64,000 bases of DNA from Callorhinchus milii (Eukaryota). The stretch is from the NCBI RefSeq assembly GCF_018977255.1, contig NW_024704743.1, positions 106,890,001 through 106,954,000 of the forward strand. The letters are read 5' to 3'. Of the stretch, positions 1 through 12,156 are shown piece by piece (position 1 is the stretch's first letter; every line of letters starts with the position of its first letter). The notes below the pieces were generated by a model. That model saw nothing but the letters and a program-made list of their open reading frames with translations. It did not search any database and had not been told where the DNA came from. The translations under genes and the position numbers were made by a program.

Positions 1-160
1 GAGAACAAGAGTTTTGTACTTGATTCTTTGAGGGATGTGGAGCCAGTGAAGCTGGGCAAGAACCAGAGTGATTGGTTCACAGAGCCTGGTGCGGGAAAGG
101 ACACAAGCTGAGTTTTGAATAATCTGCAGCTTGTAGAGGGAAGAGTTGGGAAGTCCTAAA
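1..160 (-). mobile_element. Degenerate L2 LINE ORF2 3' fragment
   Basis: Reverse complement resembles the segment encoding PNSSLHRLQIIQNSAA...LHWL in the L2 copy at 713-1602 (gagttttgaataatctgcagcttgtagagggaagagttgggaag). Confidence 0.65.
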
Positions 161-712
161 TCTAGTTTAGGATCCGGTCTTCCAAGACCACCATAGAGGG
201 TTCACTTGATTCCAACATTGAAGTTTACCAATGCTTCACACCGGCAAACTGCGCGGTTACCATTATTATTTACCTCCGTAAACATTGTTGCTAAGATGCT
301 CAAACACAAGAATGTTAGACTCTAGGTCAAGTCATTGTAGTGGAATGCAAGGCATCTCATTGCACACAGAGAGACTGAATCTTTTAGGAGGCACCAGCCT
401 CCTTTGAAAAATTGGTTAATAGGTAAAAAGGTGCTGGTACATCTCTTGGAATAGAGTTGTGGACACACCCTGCCCTTCCTTCACCTCATCAGTTAGGGAT
501 TTATGAGTTAGACGTTTTTTATCAAGGCTTCCTTCCTTTCTCACTACTCCATTTCAAATACATCTCATGGTTCAGTGATTCTGTTTTCAAGCTGTCTTTG
601 CACCACTTTGGTTGAAGCTGAATTGTCTGAAACTCGCTTATGTTAATGGTTAAATACTGAACAAGTGTTCTGAGTTTAAGTGCTGGTATATTTTACTTGC
701 TGTGATGCCTGT

Positions 713-1602
713 CGGACATTAAGTCCTGGATGAGGGCAAATTTCCTACAGTTGAATGTGAACAAGATTGAGATCCTCCGATTGGCTCGCGCCAGCGCCTC
801 AGCACCTCAGGCTCTGGCAACATCAACCTCCATGGTTGCACACTACAACTCACCAAACCGTCAGGACCCGAGGTGTCTTGTTCAATCCTCAACTGTCTTT
901 TCTGCCCCACATCTAAGCCATGATCCGCTCTGCCTTCCCTCACCTCCGTAACATCGCCCGACTCCGCCACTACCTCACCCCTCAGGCCGCTGAAACTCTT
1001 GTTCCTGCCTTCATCATCTCCAGGCTCGACAATGCGAATGCCCTGCTTGTCAGCCTTCCCAACTCCTCCCTCCACAGGCTGCAGATAATCCAGAACTCTG
1101 CAGCCCGTGTCCTCTCCTGCACCAAACTCCGTGACCCCATCTCCCCCACTCTCGCCCGACTCCATTGGCTCCCTATCCTTCAGAGGATCCAGTTCAAGAT
1201 CCTGGTCCTCACATACAAAGCCCTCCATGGCCTCGCCCCACCCTACCTCTGCGACCTCCTAACCCCTACCAACCCGCCCGTTCCCTCCGCTCAGCCGGCT
1301 CCGGCCTGCTCCACGTCCCCCGACCCACCCGCCCCACCATTGGCGGGAGAGCCTTCAGCCACTCTGCCCCCAACTCTGGAATTCCATCCCCCACTCACTC
1401 CGCCTTTGCCCCCTCCTTAGCCTCCTTCAAGTCCCTCCTCAAGACCCTCCTCTTCGACCATGCCATCGGCCACCCCCTTCCCCTCCCCTCCCTTACCCCC
1501 CCAAACCCAGCTCGGGTCTGAAATGCTGTACTCTGTCCAGCGCCTTGGGACATCCTCCCGACATGAAAGGTGCTATACAAATATAATCTTGTTGTTGTTG
1601 TT
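713..1602 (+). mobile_element. 5'-truncated L2-clade LINE (ORF2 C-terminus, 3'UTR, (TTG)n tail), frameshifted
   Basis: Translations give DIKSWMRANFLQLN, HLRNIARLR, AFIISRLDNANALL, LQIIQNSAARVL, LARLHWLPI, FKILVLTYKALHGLAPPYL, typical of the L2 ORF2 C-terminus; ends gtgctatacaaatataatcttgttgttgttg; related copies at 20425-21063 and 39490-41344. Confidence 0.93.
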
Positions 1603-2760
1603 AACTTGTTGCTGTTACAAAACGTCTATTTTGTTTTTATTTAAAGTTTCATATGAATGCTGAAGTTTTATCGAGAAGTAATTTGTGGTTGATTAACTCA
1701 AAATGGCACACCCAGTATAGAGAATAATGGATTACAACAACAACAACTTGGATTTATATAATAGTTGCCCTTTGTATCCAAAGATTGCCATTCACAAAAT
1801 GTGAATAACTGGGTGCGTGAATCTGTTTATAGTTTAAAAGCTGCTGCCTGCACTAACCACTACACTCTTCCAAGTATTTATATATAGAGCTCTTCACATA
1901 GGATAACGTTTCAGAGCGTTTTACAAAGATGGGGTCAGAAGTTGAGCGTCCGGGGGGAAAGAGATAACAAAAGGCACAATCAATGAGGTCGGTTTTAAAG
2001 CCGGGCTCGAAGGCAAAATAACAACAATAATAATCCTTGCATTTGATATAGCAGTTTTCACGTCTTCTAGATGTCTAAATAGAGAGGAGTGAGGGTGAGA
2101 TAGAAAGATTGAGGGAGGGAAGGAGTTCCAGAAGTTAGGGGTGTAGATTCTGAAAGCTCGGCTACTGATAGCGGTAGTTGTGTATTATTAGAGAGAGTAA
2201 TTCACATGTTGTTAAAAACTGGAAGGGCTAAGCTTATCTGAGATAAGATGTTTTGAGATACAATTGAAGCATTTCGGTAACTGCCGTATGTGCACTCTGG
2301 TGTTCATGGGAGTATCTTTATTATGATTATTGTTGTTATGATGGGATTTGTGCTTTTGTTGCCAACAGATGACACAGAGACATCAACGTTCACTGTGATC
2401 TGGATATGATGTGTACTATGAAGGCTACAAAGCAAGGATAACAATCATCATAATTCCCATTATAGGTTTAATGAGTAACAAAATAATAAATAATGAATAA
2501 TAATCCTTGCAGTTGGCGTTTTTTCACTTAAGGGGCTCTCAAAAGCGTTTCGCATGACTTGACTGTGAAGTGTGAGTGACGGTGGTCTTTTTGTTGGCAA
2601 AGCCCAGGGATTGACGACTGGGGGGGGAGTGATAGGATGATGTGGAGTAATGCATTTGGCATTAATATGACAAACTTAAAACAAGTATTAAATTCAAATG
2701 AGGTCCTGCTCCTCGGGCCAATAAAATAAGTGACACAAATAGTAAAACAGGAAGCCCAGT

Positions 2761-2822
2761 TCCACACATACACACATGACACACACATATGACACACACA
2801 CACACACATATGACACACACAT
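2761..2822. repeat. Interrupted (CA)n microsatellite (cacacatatga units)
   Basis: Directly visible. Confidence 0.85.
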
Positions 2823-2869
2823 GCATGATCTCTACAAGGACAGTTGTATGAAAGCTGAGCAAACCCAAC

Positions 2870-3310
2870 GATGCAGAGCGGCCGCAAACACTCCGTGCGT
2901 TCAGTAATTTAAATAACCTGTCGGGAGGGTGTGAGCCGGAGCTCAGGCAAACCGAGAAGCTGCGGCTCAGCCACACACCGCACACAGAGTCCGCGCCACA
3001 TCGCCGCCCCCACCGCCCCGCGGATACCCCGCAGATACCCCGCGGATACCCCGCAGCCCCGTCTGCTCTCAGCGAAGCAATTCCCGGGACATGATCGCCC
3101 ACCTCGGTTGGCTTCCGTGGGACCGCACCGCTGCAGGAGCCGAGGGTGCGGGAGGCGGTGCCGGTGTCGGTGCCGGTGTCGGGGCTCTGCTCCACTCCCG
3201 CGGCCTCTCCCCGAGTGGCAGCGCCCGCGCGGAGGCTGCACACCCCGGGCGGCGAGGCGAGGGCTGCGGGGTAAGGGCGCGCTGCGGTCTGAGCGGAACG
3301 TATCGGGGTT
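2870..3310. promoter_or_regulatory. CpG island / putative promoter
   Basis: Only strongly GC- and CpG-rich stretch outside repeats in a CpG-depleted window; contains 11-bp tandem ccccgc(g/a)gata (3016-3056) and 6-bp cggtg(c/t) repeats (3156-3183); AT-rich tttaaata at 2908-2915 lies just upstream. Confidence 0.8.
2940..3270 (+). other. Candidate first exon of an unidentified + strand gene (start approximate)
   Basis: Donor-like GGG|GTAAGG at 3270/3271 at the 3' edge of the CpG island, followed by G-skewed sequence. Confidence 0.5.
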
Positions 3311-3312
3311 AC

Positions 3313-4160
3313 AGGGGGGGGGGTGTGGGGGTTGTGTGTGGGGGGGGGGGTTGTGTGTGTGGGGGGTTGTGTGTGTGGGGGTTGTGTGTGTGGGGGTGGG
3401 TGTGTGTGGGGGGGGGTTGTGTGGGGGGGTTGTGGGGGGGGTTTGTGGGGTTGTGTGTGGGGGGGTTGTGTGTGGGGGGGGGTTGTGTGTGGGGGGGGTT
3501 GTGTGTGGGGGGGGGGTTGTGTGTGGGGTTGGTGTGGGGGTTGTGTGTGGGGGGGGTTGTGTGTGGGGGGGGGTTGTGTGTGGGGGGGGGTTGTGTGTGG
3601 GGGGGGTTGTGTGTGGGGGGGTTGTGTGTGGGGGGGGGTTGTGTGTGGGGGGGGGTTGTGTGTGGGGGGGGGGTTGTGTGTGGGGGGGGTTGTGTGTGGG
3701 GGGGTTGTGTGTGTGGGGGGGGTTGTGTGGGGGGGGGTTGTGTGGTGGGGGGGGTTGTGGGGGGGGGGTTGTGTGTGGGGGGGGGTTGTGTGGGGGGGGT
3801 TGTGTGTGTGGGGGGGGGTTGTGTGTGTGGGGGGGGGTTGTGTGGTGGGGGGGGTTGTGTGTGTGGGGGGGGGTTGTGTGTGGGGGGGGGGGTGTGGGGG
3901 GTGGGGGGGGGGGGGTGGTGGGGTGTGGGGGGGGGGTTGTGGGGGGGGTGTGGGGGGTTGTGTGTGTGGGGTCCCCTGTTGAGGGTGTTTGAGCTGTGTT
4001 GGAGTCACTGTGTGTGTGTGAGCAGAGGCTGGTGTGTGTCTGGCTCAGGCTCTCAGGCTCAGTCTGGCTGCTCCTCTGTGTGTGTGGGGGGGTGGGGGGT
4101 TGGTGTGGGGGGGGGGGGGGTTGTGTGGGGGGGGTTATGTGGTGGGGGGGGGAGTGTGGG
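3313..4160 (+). repeat. G/T-rich degenerate minisatellite, unit ~G(4-9)TTGTGTGT, G-quadruplex prone
   Basis: Dozens of ggggggttgtgtgtg units; short unique interruption at ~3970-4075. Confidence 0.95.
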
Positions 4161-4262
4161 CTGAGTCGGCTCCCAGTTTCCTGCTGTTCACTTCACACCA
4201 GAGAGACAAAGCCACAGATAGACAGACAGAGAGAGCGCTGTTGATGTGTTTTTGTGTCACAG
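4160..4262 (+). other. Candidate alternative non-coding 5' exon (start uncertain)
   Basis: Strong donor CAG|GTAAGG at 4262/4263 in a unique spacer between two repeat blocks. Confidence 0.35.
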
Positions 4263-4300
4263 GTAAGGTGACATTTCTTCTGTTGTATTTTCCCTAAGTA

Positions 4301-4807
4301 ACACCCTCTCACACACACTCCCCCTCTCTCACACACTCACTCCCCCTCTCTCACACACTCCCCCTCTCTCACACACTCCCCCTCTCACACTCACTCCCCT
4401 CTCTCACACACTCCCTCTCTCACACACTCCCTCTCTCACACACACTCCCTCTCACACTCCCTCTCACACTCACACTCCCTCTCTCACACACTCCCTCTCT
4501 CACACACTCACCCTCTCTCACACACTCACCCTCTCACACACTCACCCTCACACTCACTCCCTCTCACACTCACTCCCCTCACACTCACTCCCCCTCACAC
4601 TCACTCCCCTCACACTCACTCCCCCTCTCACACTCACTCACCCTCTCACACACACTCCCCCTCTCACACACACTCCCCCTCTCACACACACTCACCCTCT
4701 CACACTCACTCCCCCTCTCACACTCACTCCCCCCTCTCTCACACTCACTCCCCCTCTCACACTCACTCACCCGCTCACACTCACTCACACACTCACACAC
4801 ACTCACT
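4301..4807 (+). repeat. C/A/T-rich degenerate minisatellite (ctctcacacactcactcccc-like units)
   Basis: Directly visible; almost no G on the + strand. Confidence 0.95.
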
Positions 4808-5019
4808 AGTGTGTATATATGTGTGATAGCTGTGCTGGGAGCTCAGCTGTGCCCAAACTTCCTTGTACCACACACACGGAGACTGTGCTGTGCTGTGCCT
4901 CCTGTCCTGAGCTCTGGGCTGAGCTGCTGTGTGTGTTGCTGTCGCTGTGCTGTCGGTCGGACTTTCCCGGTGTTTGCAAAGCAGAAAGGTTTTTTTTCCC
5001 CTTCTTTTGGAGGCAGTTG

Positions 5020-6430
5020 TGGATTTGTGGGGTGGGGGCGCATTTGTGTGTGTGTGTGTGTGTGTTGTTGGGGGGGGGGGGGGGGAGAGCCTCTGGAAGG
5101 AAAGAGTGAGGTCCTGTTTTGTGGGGATGTTGGGGAGAGAGGGGATGGGGGGTGGATGCTGACTGCTTGTACGTAGGGTGGGGGGGTGGTGTGTGTGTGT
5201 GTGTGTTGGGGGGGTAGTGTGTGTGTTGGGGGCGGTGTGTGTGTTGGGGAGCGGTGTGTGTGTGTTGGGGGCGGTGTGTGTGTGTTCGGGGGGCGGTGTG
5301 TGTGTTGGGGTAGTGTGTGTGTGTGTTGGGGGCCGGTGCGTGTGTGGGGGGGGGGGCGGTGCGTGTGTGGGGGGCGGTGCGTGTGTGGGGGGGGGGCGTG
5401 CGTGTGTGGGGGGGGGGTGCGTGTTGGGAGGTGGTGTGCGTGTGTGTTGGGGTGGGGGTGGGCTATACTGTGTGTGTTGGGGGGGGTGATGGGGGAGGTG
5501 TGTGTGTTGGGGGGGTGATGGGAGGTGTGTGTGTTGGGGGGGATGATGGGGAGGTGTGTGTGTTGGGGGGGTGATGGGGTGGTGGGGTGTGTGGTGGGGG
5601 GGGATGATGGGGGTGGTGGGTGTGTGTGTTGGGGGGGATGATGGGGGTGGGGGTGTGTGTTGTGTTGGGGGGGGATGATGGGGCTGGTGTGTGTGTTGGG
5701 GGGGGTGATGGGGGTGGTGGGTGTGTGTGTGGGAGGGGATGATGGGGTGGTGGGGTGTGTGTGTTGGGGGGGGATGATGGGGGTGGTGGGGTGTGTGTGT
5801 GTGGGGGGGATGATGGGGTGGTGGGTGTGTGTTGTGGGGGGGATGATGGGGGTGTGGGGGTGTGTGTTGGGGGGATGAAGGGGGTGGTGGGGTGTGTGTG
5901 TTGGGGGGATGATGGGGTTGGGGTGTGTGTTGTGTTGGGGGTGATGGGGTGGTGTGTGTGTTGGGGGGGTGATGGGGTGGTGGGGTGTGTGTGTTGGGGG
6001 GGATGATGGGGGTGGTGTGTTGTGTTGGGGGTGTGATGGGGGTGTGGGTGTGTGTGTGTTGGGGGGGATGATGGGGGTGGTGTGTGTGTTGGAGAGAGTT
6101 GATGTGGGGGTTATGTGGTGTGTGTGTGTGTGTGGTGGGGGTGTTGATGTGGTGTGTGGCGGGGTTGGTGTGGGTGGGGGGCTGGTGGTATGGGTGTGTG
6201 TGTTGGGTGGTGGGGTGGGTGTGTGTGGGTGGTGGGGGTGTTGATGTGGTGTGTGGCGGGTGTTGTGTGGTGGGGGCTGGTGGTATGGGTGTGTGTGTTG
6301 GTGGTGGTGGTGTGTGTTGGTGGTGGGGTGTTGATGTGGTGTGTGCGGGGTTGGTGTGGTGGGGGCTGGTGGTATGTGTGTGTGTGTTGGGTGGTGGGGT
6401 GGGTGTGTGTGGGTGGTGGGGGTGTTGTGT
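5020..6430 (+). repeat. G/T-rich compound minisatellite (gtgtgtgttggggg; gatgatgggggtgg; gttgatgtggtgtgtg sub-arrays)
   Basis: Directly visible; unit drifts along the array. Confidence 0.95.
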
Positions 6431-7199
6431 CTCTATGTGCATGTTTTTGAATGAAGTAGAAAAGTCACAGGAATGGAGGAAGGAGAAGAGGAAGTTCTGA
6501 ATCACGTCTGGGCTGGCTGTCTGGCTGTCTGGCTGTCTTTGGTTGTGTATTTTGTATTTGACAGTAAACCAGTGTTACAGTGGAGATGCCGTTGCCAGGG
6601 CTGGGCTGGGGGCAGGGGCTGCTTCTGGTTGACAGCAAGTTAAGTGGGGGGGGGGGCACTAGGCTGCCACTCTCACACTTACTACTAATACTTGGATCTG
6701 TTCTAAAGTGAGATCTTCCATAAAGGATAGTCTTAATCAAACATTGCAACTATCAAGTCTTATATATATCCCCCCACCCATCGATTCAAACTCAAATCAA
6801 TGATGACATTTGCAATTGTTAAAAATCATAACTCGCCTTAGGCTACACTGACCCTGGGGCTGACTCGGAGATGGAATGACCTCTATCTGGTTTGCTCCGA
6901 TTTCTCTAGTTCAAATTTAAATGTTGCAGTTTTGTAGAAATATTGTTCTAACAAAACATCAACCGTGATGAGGATATGGGTATCATCACATGGCCCTCTT
7001 TCTGGAGTTAGAGAAGTCTGCAGCAATTGCAATCTTGGCAGGAGCTGAGGGGTAATATGGTCTAATTTCCTTTTCATCGGAGCATGAAACTTACAAAGGT
7101 CGCATTGAAACTGACATCCAGGATCCTTGAACCTTCAGGGTCCAGGGAACATGCAGTTTGGGAGATCTTAACCCAAGGCACCTTTCACCAACCATCCAG

Positions 7200-7386
7200 T
7201 TAAACTGCAAGATATTTTATCACTTAATCCACGACTGGTTGTGGGACACTGCTGTGAGCAATCGGCTGCGGCGTTTCACCCACAAAATATAAAGTCAATT
7301 GACTTTACAGTATATTCTGTGAAACATTTTGAGATGTTTCAATAACATAAGGCGCTGTATCAAAGCAAGGATTATTTTTATTATAA
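7200..7386 (+). mobile_element. SINE 3' fragment (Deu-like end plus L2-type tail)
   Basis: gtgggacactgctgtgagcaatcggctgcggcgttt...gcaaggattatt matches the SINE at 12157-12475. Confidence 0.8.
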
Positions 7387-9249
7387 GACGAGGTAGACCC
7401 GAGATTATTTTATTAGGAAGTTTGCAGTAATGATTCAAAGAATCCAAGGTGAAAGGTGAATCTACAGTCTGTGGCAGGCCTCTAAACAACAACAATTTGC
7501 ATTTATATAGCGCCCCTCACACAGAGCGCTTGACAGTGACTGAGCAGGTGCACTAAAAGGTGCACTAAAAGGATAATTTAGTCTGTTGTTGTTTCATTAG
7601 AGTTTGTGTTTTTACTTTTGCTTTGTTCTATTCGAATTCATTAAGAAAGTATGTAGTGGTAAATTATAATGGAAACTGGGACTTTGATGGAAACTGCTCA
7701 AATCCAACTGCAAGAAGCTGTAGTTTGCAATGTTTGACTGTCAGTGATAAGACGGGTGTCCAGGTTAACCTGGCTGCATTATACCATTGATTTAAACATT
7801 TCTATCATGTGCCTTGTGAATTGCATCACTTGATGTTCAGAATGAGATATTGCAGGCATTGGTGAAGCTTCTGACTCTTTCACCACGATCAAGCTGCAGT
7901 GAATAGAGTGTGGAGATTAACTGTAGGTCATTGTTGCTGTCTTAAATCCAAAGTAGCCAATATTGGTTAAAAAAATATGTACTTCTAAATGCTTTTCAAC
8001 TAGGGATGGGGAAACCTTTTTCTTTCTGTGGATACCTTGAGAAGATACAATTGTTCCAATCTTAGGCTAACTGACAGAATAGTGTACTGTTGGCATAGCC
8101 ATTGTCAGGGCATGTATTTCACTGAAATTCATAATTTACACATTCCTACAATGTAGAGAAACCTATTTTTTATCATTTAGGTTTTATGCCACTCATGATT
8201 TATATAATCATAGTTAAGTATCAGAATCAGTAGATATCCAAATTCCACTTTGGAGAATTGTTTGGTATGAATTCTCATTAAGATTATTGTGAAAATGTTT
8301 CCTTAATCTTCCATTAATTTTCCCCCTGAAATATTGTAGTTTTCTCATTGTGTCTCCTCCCTCTCCCAATTCAGTATTGTTCAATGGAAAGATGTTTTCG
8401 CCACATTGTGGTTTAGGATGTGATTAATGGTGAAATGTGTGCTTACCTGCATTGTGCAAGTCTCAGCTGGCAGTGTGGGAGACTGAGCATGGTTATGGGT
8501 GCTGAACGTTAACAGGCAAACTAGGCCTGTATTGTATTATACACGCCAACCTGTAAGCTGAGTGTCATTATCCCAGTCTAAATTTCCAGTCTTCTGGTTA
8601 CTCCAGTCAGCTCAGCTTAATTAAATTTGCAAAACTACTAGCTGCTTGCGTACCTACGGAAGTGTTTCTGGAGGAAGGATTGGTTTCAGGAACATAAGAT
8701 GGGAAATCATTTGTTGTCTTTTAATAGTCCATCCAATAAATGATCCAATCTCATTTTTAGGTTGTGTTGCCACAGATGTGTCTGGACGTCAGCAGCACAT
8801 AGAATGATCAGATACTGTATTTCATGACTTAGATTTCCTAATCCAGTGAGGAATCTAAAATCTGATCTAGCAGCTGAAACAAAAGGAGCTCAGCAAAAGC
8901 TGTAAGTTGGGGTTTTCATTTTGCTTGTGTGCTTTGGCTGCTGTCCGATGCTAAGAGTTAAACCTGTACTTTGCTCCCCTGATTTATTACTGAAGCATTT
9001 TTCAGTTACAGTTTTATTGCAGCAAATAAATATAAATAAGTACACTGTCATAACTTATGAATCTGAACAGTCACCTTTGTTTTTTTTATTATGTGGAAGT
9101 ACCACATTAGCACTTAGAGATATCAATATGCCATTCACTAAGACACGTGTATGAATACCATGTGTCAGTTTGATTCGAACAGTGGCAATCTCGTCTCTGG
9201 CTTTGAAAATTGCCCTACATAAGAATTTGAGGCATAACATAGACTGACC

Positions 9250-9570
9250 TTCCACTACTGTACTGTGGGAGGTGCTGTGTTGTTAGGGGTGCTGTCCTTT
9301 GAATGGGATATTAAACAGAGATGCTGTCTGCATGCTCTTCAGGTAAATATTTAAGATCCCATGACATTATTCTAAAAGAGAAGGGAGTTTTTCCTTGTTT
9401 ATTGGCTATCAATCCTCCAGGTTTAATCTTAGAACTGTTTGTTGTGTGCAAAATAACATTTGCTTACAATAACAAGCACTACACTTAGATAGTAATTGCT
9501 GTAAGACTGTTTGAGACATTTTAGTGTGATAAGGCACTGTGAAACACAAGTTCTTTCTTATTGTTATTAT
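9250..9570 (+). mobile_element. Old Deu-domain SINE, 5'-truncated
   Basis: actgtactgtgggaggtgctgtgttgttaggggtgctgtcctttgaatgggatattaaac...aagatcccatgacattatt; colinear with copies at 17296 and 23960. Confidence 0.75.
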
Positions 9571-10689
9571 GGTTTTGTGTTTTCACAGGATTTTCAATTA
9601 CAAAACATAGAGTAATGTTTTGACACATGTATCTCTTGACATTTTCGTTATCCTGCAGTTAGCTCCAGTGAGAATACAAATAAACAATAATGATTAATTT
9701 GTTTCAGTTCATTCAATGCAGCTATAAACCACATAGTGTACTGTTTGCTTGTTAAACATACATTGATGCCTGATTGGCATGCGTATAACAGAGGATATGA
9801 ATTGAAGATTAATGCTGGAGGATAAAGGGGGAAGTTGGAAGATTTGATTTTACACAGAGGATTGTTATGTTGTGACAAGCCTTAGGTGTCAACCTGGCTG
9901 AGTTGGTAGCACTCTTGCCTAAGATGACAAAACTATATTCAGTTTACTTGCAATAACATACAATGCGATTTACATTTATTTAGCTCCATGCAGGTCGATG
10001 TTGTCCTACCTGAAGGGTGCGGTGTAAAGATGTTGAACTTGTGTCAGCAGGGGATGGGGAGTCCAATGTGCAGGGCGCTTGGAACAGAAGCTGGAAAAGA
10101 TTATTGCTGATCACTGGAAATGTTTGAACTAAAATAGAAAGTGCTAGAAAAAAATGTCAAAGGGTGTCTACAAGAGAAAGCTAGGTTAACACTTTGGGTA
10201 TGGTTCGTCACAAAAAATAATTCAGTTTTTATGAATTTAGCCATGAGCCTTTTTTCTTTTCAATTCCGTGCTCCACAGAATGGATGGATATTTCAAATCA
10301 TATTTCACTTAATTAGCTTGATAAATGCTTTATAAGCATGAACCATTGAGGTGCTTGACTATATCCTCGATCATCGTTTCCCCTCAATCCCCAGTTCGGC
10401 TGCAAACTCTCGACTGTCTAACCCCTTGGACCATCCTCCCGAAGTGAAAGATGCTATATAAATGTAAATTTGTTGTGGATGTTTTCATACATCCTCATTG
10501 GCCTTTACGGTTCCCTTGAAAAAAGAAGTTGCCTTTCTTATAAACAACAATTAGAAATTCCAGACACCAGTGCCATTTATTGTAGTATTTTGTACTAATT
10601 AGTTTTTTTNAGAAAAGATTAAAACATGTTTTAACTTGTGCTCTTCCCCCAACCTAGTATTGGCACCACCCAGTTAAAGGGTTAGATCA

Positions 10690-10900
10690 TATGGACCTGC
10701 AGATTACAGCTTCAAATTCTGATCTGTGAGCTAATCTTAGCTCCAACAATTGGCTTCAGTGCAATTGGATTGGGGAGGGGGAAACCAGTCGGGCATCCTA
10801 TTACACATTGCTTCCCTGTTACTGTCAACCAGCTGGAACGTGCATGTGTGGATGGCTGGGGAGGACAGGATTAGGCTCAACGATATAACAATACCCCCAC
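10690..10900 (+). mobile_element. Fragment of a different, ancient SINE-like repeat
   Basis: acaattggcttcagtgc...ggggagggggaaaccagtc...gtgtggatggctggggaggacaggattaggctc; related pieces at 12860-12904 (+), 13440-13550 (-), 18790-18840 (-), 19095-19150 (-). Family not named. Confidence 0.55.
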
Positions 10901-10969
10901 TCACTCCCTTGTGCTTAGTTGACCCACTATCTCCCCCTGTCGAGCCCCACCCAAGAGTAATATGTCATA

Positions 10970-11170
10970 AAATGATCCTTGCATTTGATATAGCGCCTTA
11001 TCACGTCGTCGAGATGTCTCAAAGAGCATCACAGAATAAGCTGTAAAGTGGTGTGACTGCATGTATTTGTGGGTAAACGTGGCAGTCAATTTGCCCACAT
11101 CAATGCCCCACAAACAGCCATGGAGTGAATGACCCAATTTTTTTTGTAATTGTTACTTAGACAAGACACC
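10970..11170 (-). mobile_element. SINE 3' fragment
   Basis: atccttgcatttgatatagcgcc...cacaaacagccatggagtgaatgacc is the reverse-complement SINE tail. Confidence 0.85.
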
Positions 11171-12156
11171 AGAGGCGAAAGGCATTCTGAACTACAGTGA
11201 CCCCCAATATTACTGAATGCTAGTTTTACAAGACAATACAAGGACACAGTTATTGGCTTTGTTTACAAACATGGCAAAGAATGATTTTTTTATTCTTGAA
11301 CATTTGCATTGTAAAATTTTTAATAACCCTATAGTTTTTAGGGTTATTATTCCTTCAATTTCTATGTTTAGAAAGAGCAATATTTGCATATTACAAACAC
11401 TCTTCACACATCAAGCTTTCATAACAGAAAGCACATTGTTTCCCCCCCACCCCCCACACTCCATCTAGAGTACATCAGAAAAGAGATTTTTGAGAAACAG
11501 TCGAAACATCAAAAATCTTCAAACTAGTTAGGAAATGTCTCCATCTTATATAACATAGAGAAACAGGCTATTCCTTAATCAAAGGAATAATCATTTCTTC
11601 AGCCGGAATTTGTTCCTTCTCGATGTAATGGTTCCGTTTACTAAACCACTGCAGACACAGAAATTTTCGTGGCACTCCTGATTGTCTAGAGTTTTAGTTA
11701 CTCAGGTATAACAGTAAGACTCCTTGCATTTATAAGAAAACAGGAATCTTAAAATGCACTCGGTGAAGCAAGTTCCTGGACTCTGTTGAGATCTTTGTGA
11801 TTTCAGCTGATAGTTTCCAAAAGTTGTAGTTTGGAGAATTCCTATTGTAAAGAAAGTAACAATTATATCTCCCAGTTCCAGATGTATTCTCCTAGTGAGA
11901 TAAGTTAGGCTTTCCTTAGAGGAGAATTAGTTTCAGAGCGTCATGTTTGGCAACAGAATGTCAGAATCGAGTCAACTCTGTGGTGGTTTCGGTAGTATAG
12001 TTGATGTGCCAAGCAGGTCTGCAGTACTCCAGGGCACTGCTGATGACAGACCAGCCAGCCTGTGAGAAGGGATTCATCCCACTTGACTCCTGTTAACCCT
12101 GCAAGATTAAACCCTAACTGGTAGAGTGGTACTAACTGGAGAAGAAGCAGGAAGCT

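Noticed and set aside
719..1228. 169-aa ORF MEGFVCEDQDLELDP, with a paralog at 20778-21086
   Set aside because: Antisense frame of L2 ORF2, not a host gene family.
2662..6505. Long ORFs (448 aa, 570 aa and the Gly/Val/Cys-rich + strand ORFs) resembling extensins or keratin-associated proteins
   Set aside because: Open in several frames on both strands because the repeats lack stop codons; unit lengths vary by non-multiples of three.
6795..6865. Possible C/D box snoRNA (ATGATGA ... CTGA)
   Set aside because: No terminal stem or recognisable rRNA guide; such motifs occur by chance.
7546..7571. 12-bp tandem duplication aggtgcactaaa (similar short duplication at 38260-38292)
   Set aside because: Ordinary slippage duplication; two units only, no array or spacer structure.
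10601..10615. Single N at 10610
   Set aside because: Assembly ambiguity after a T-run, not biological.
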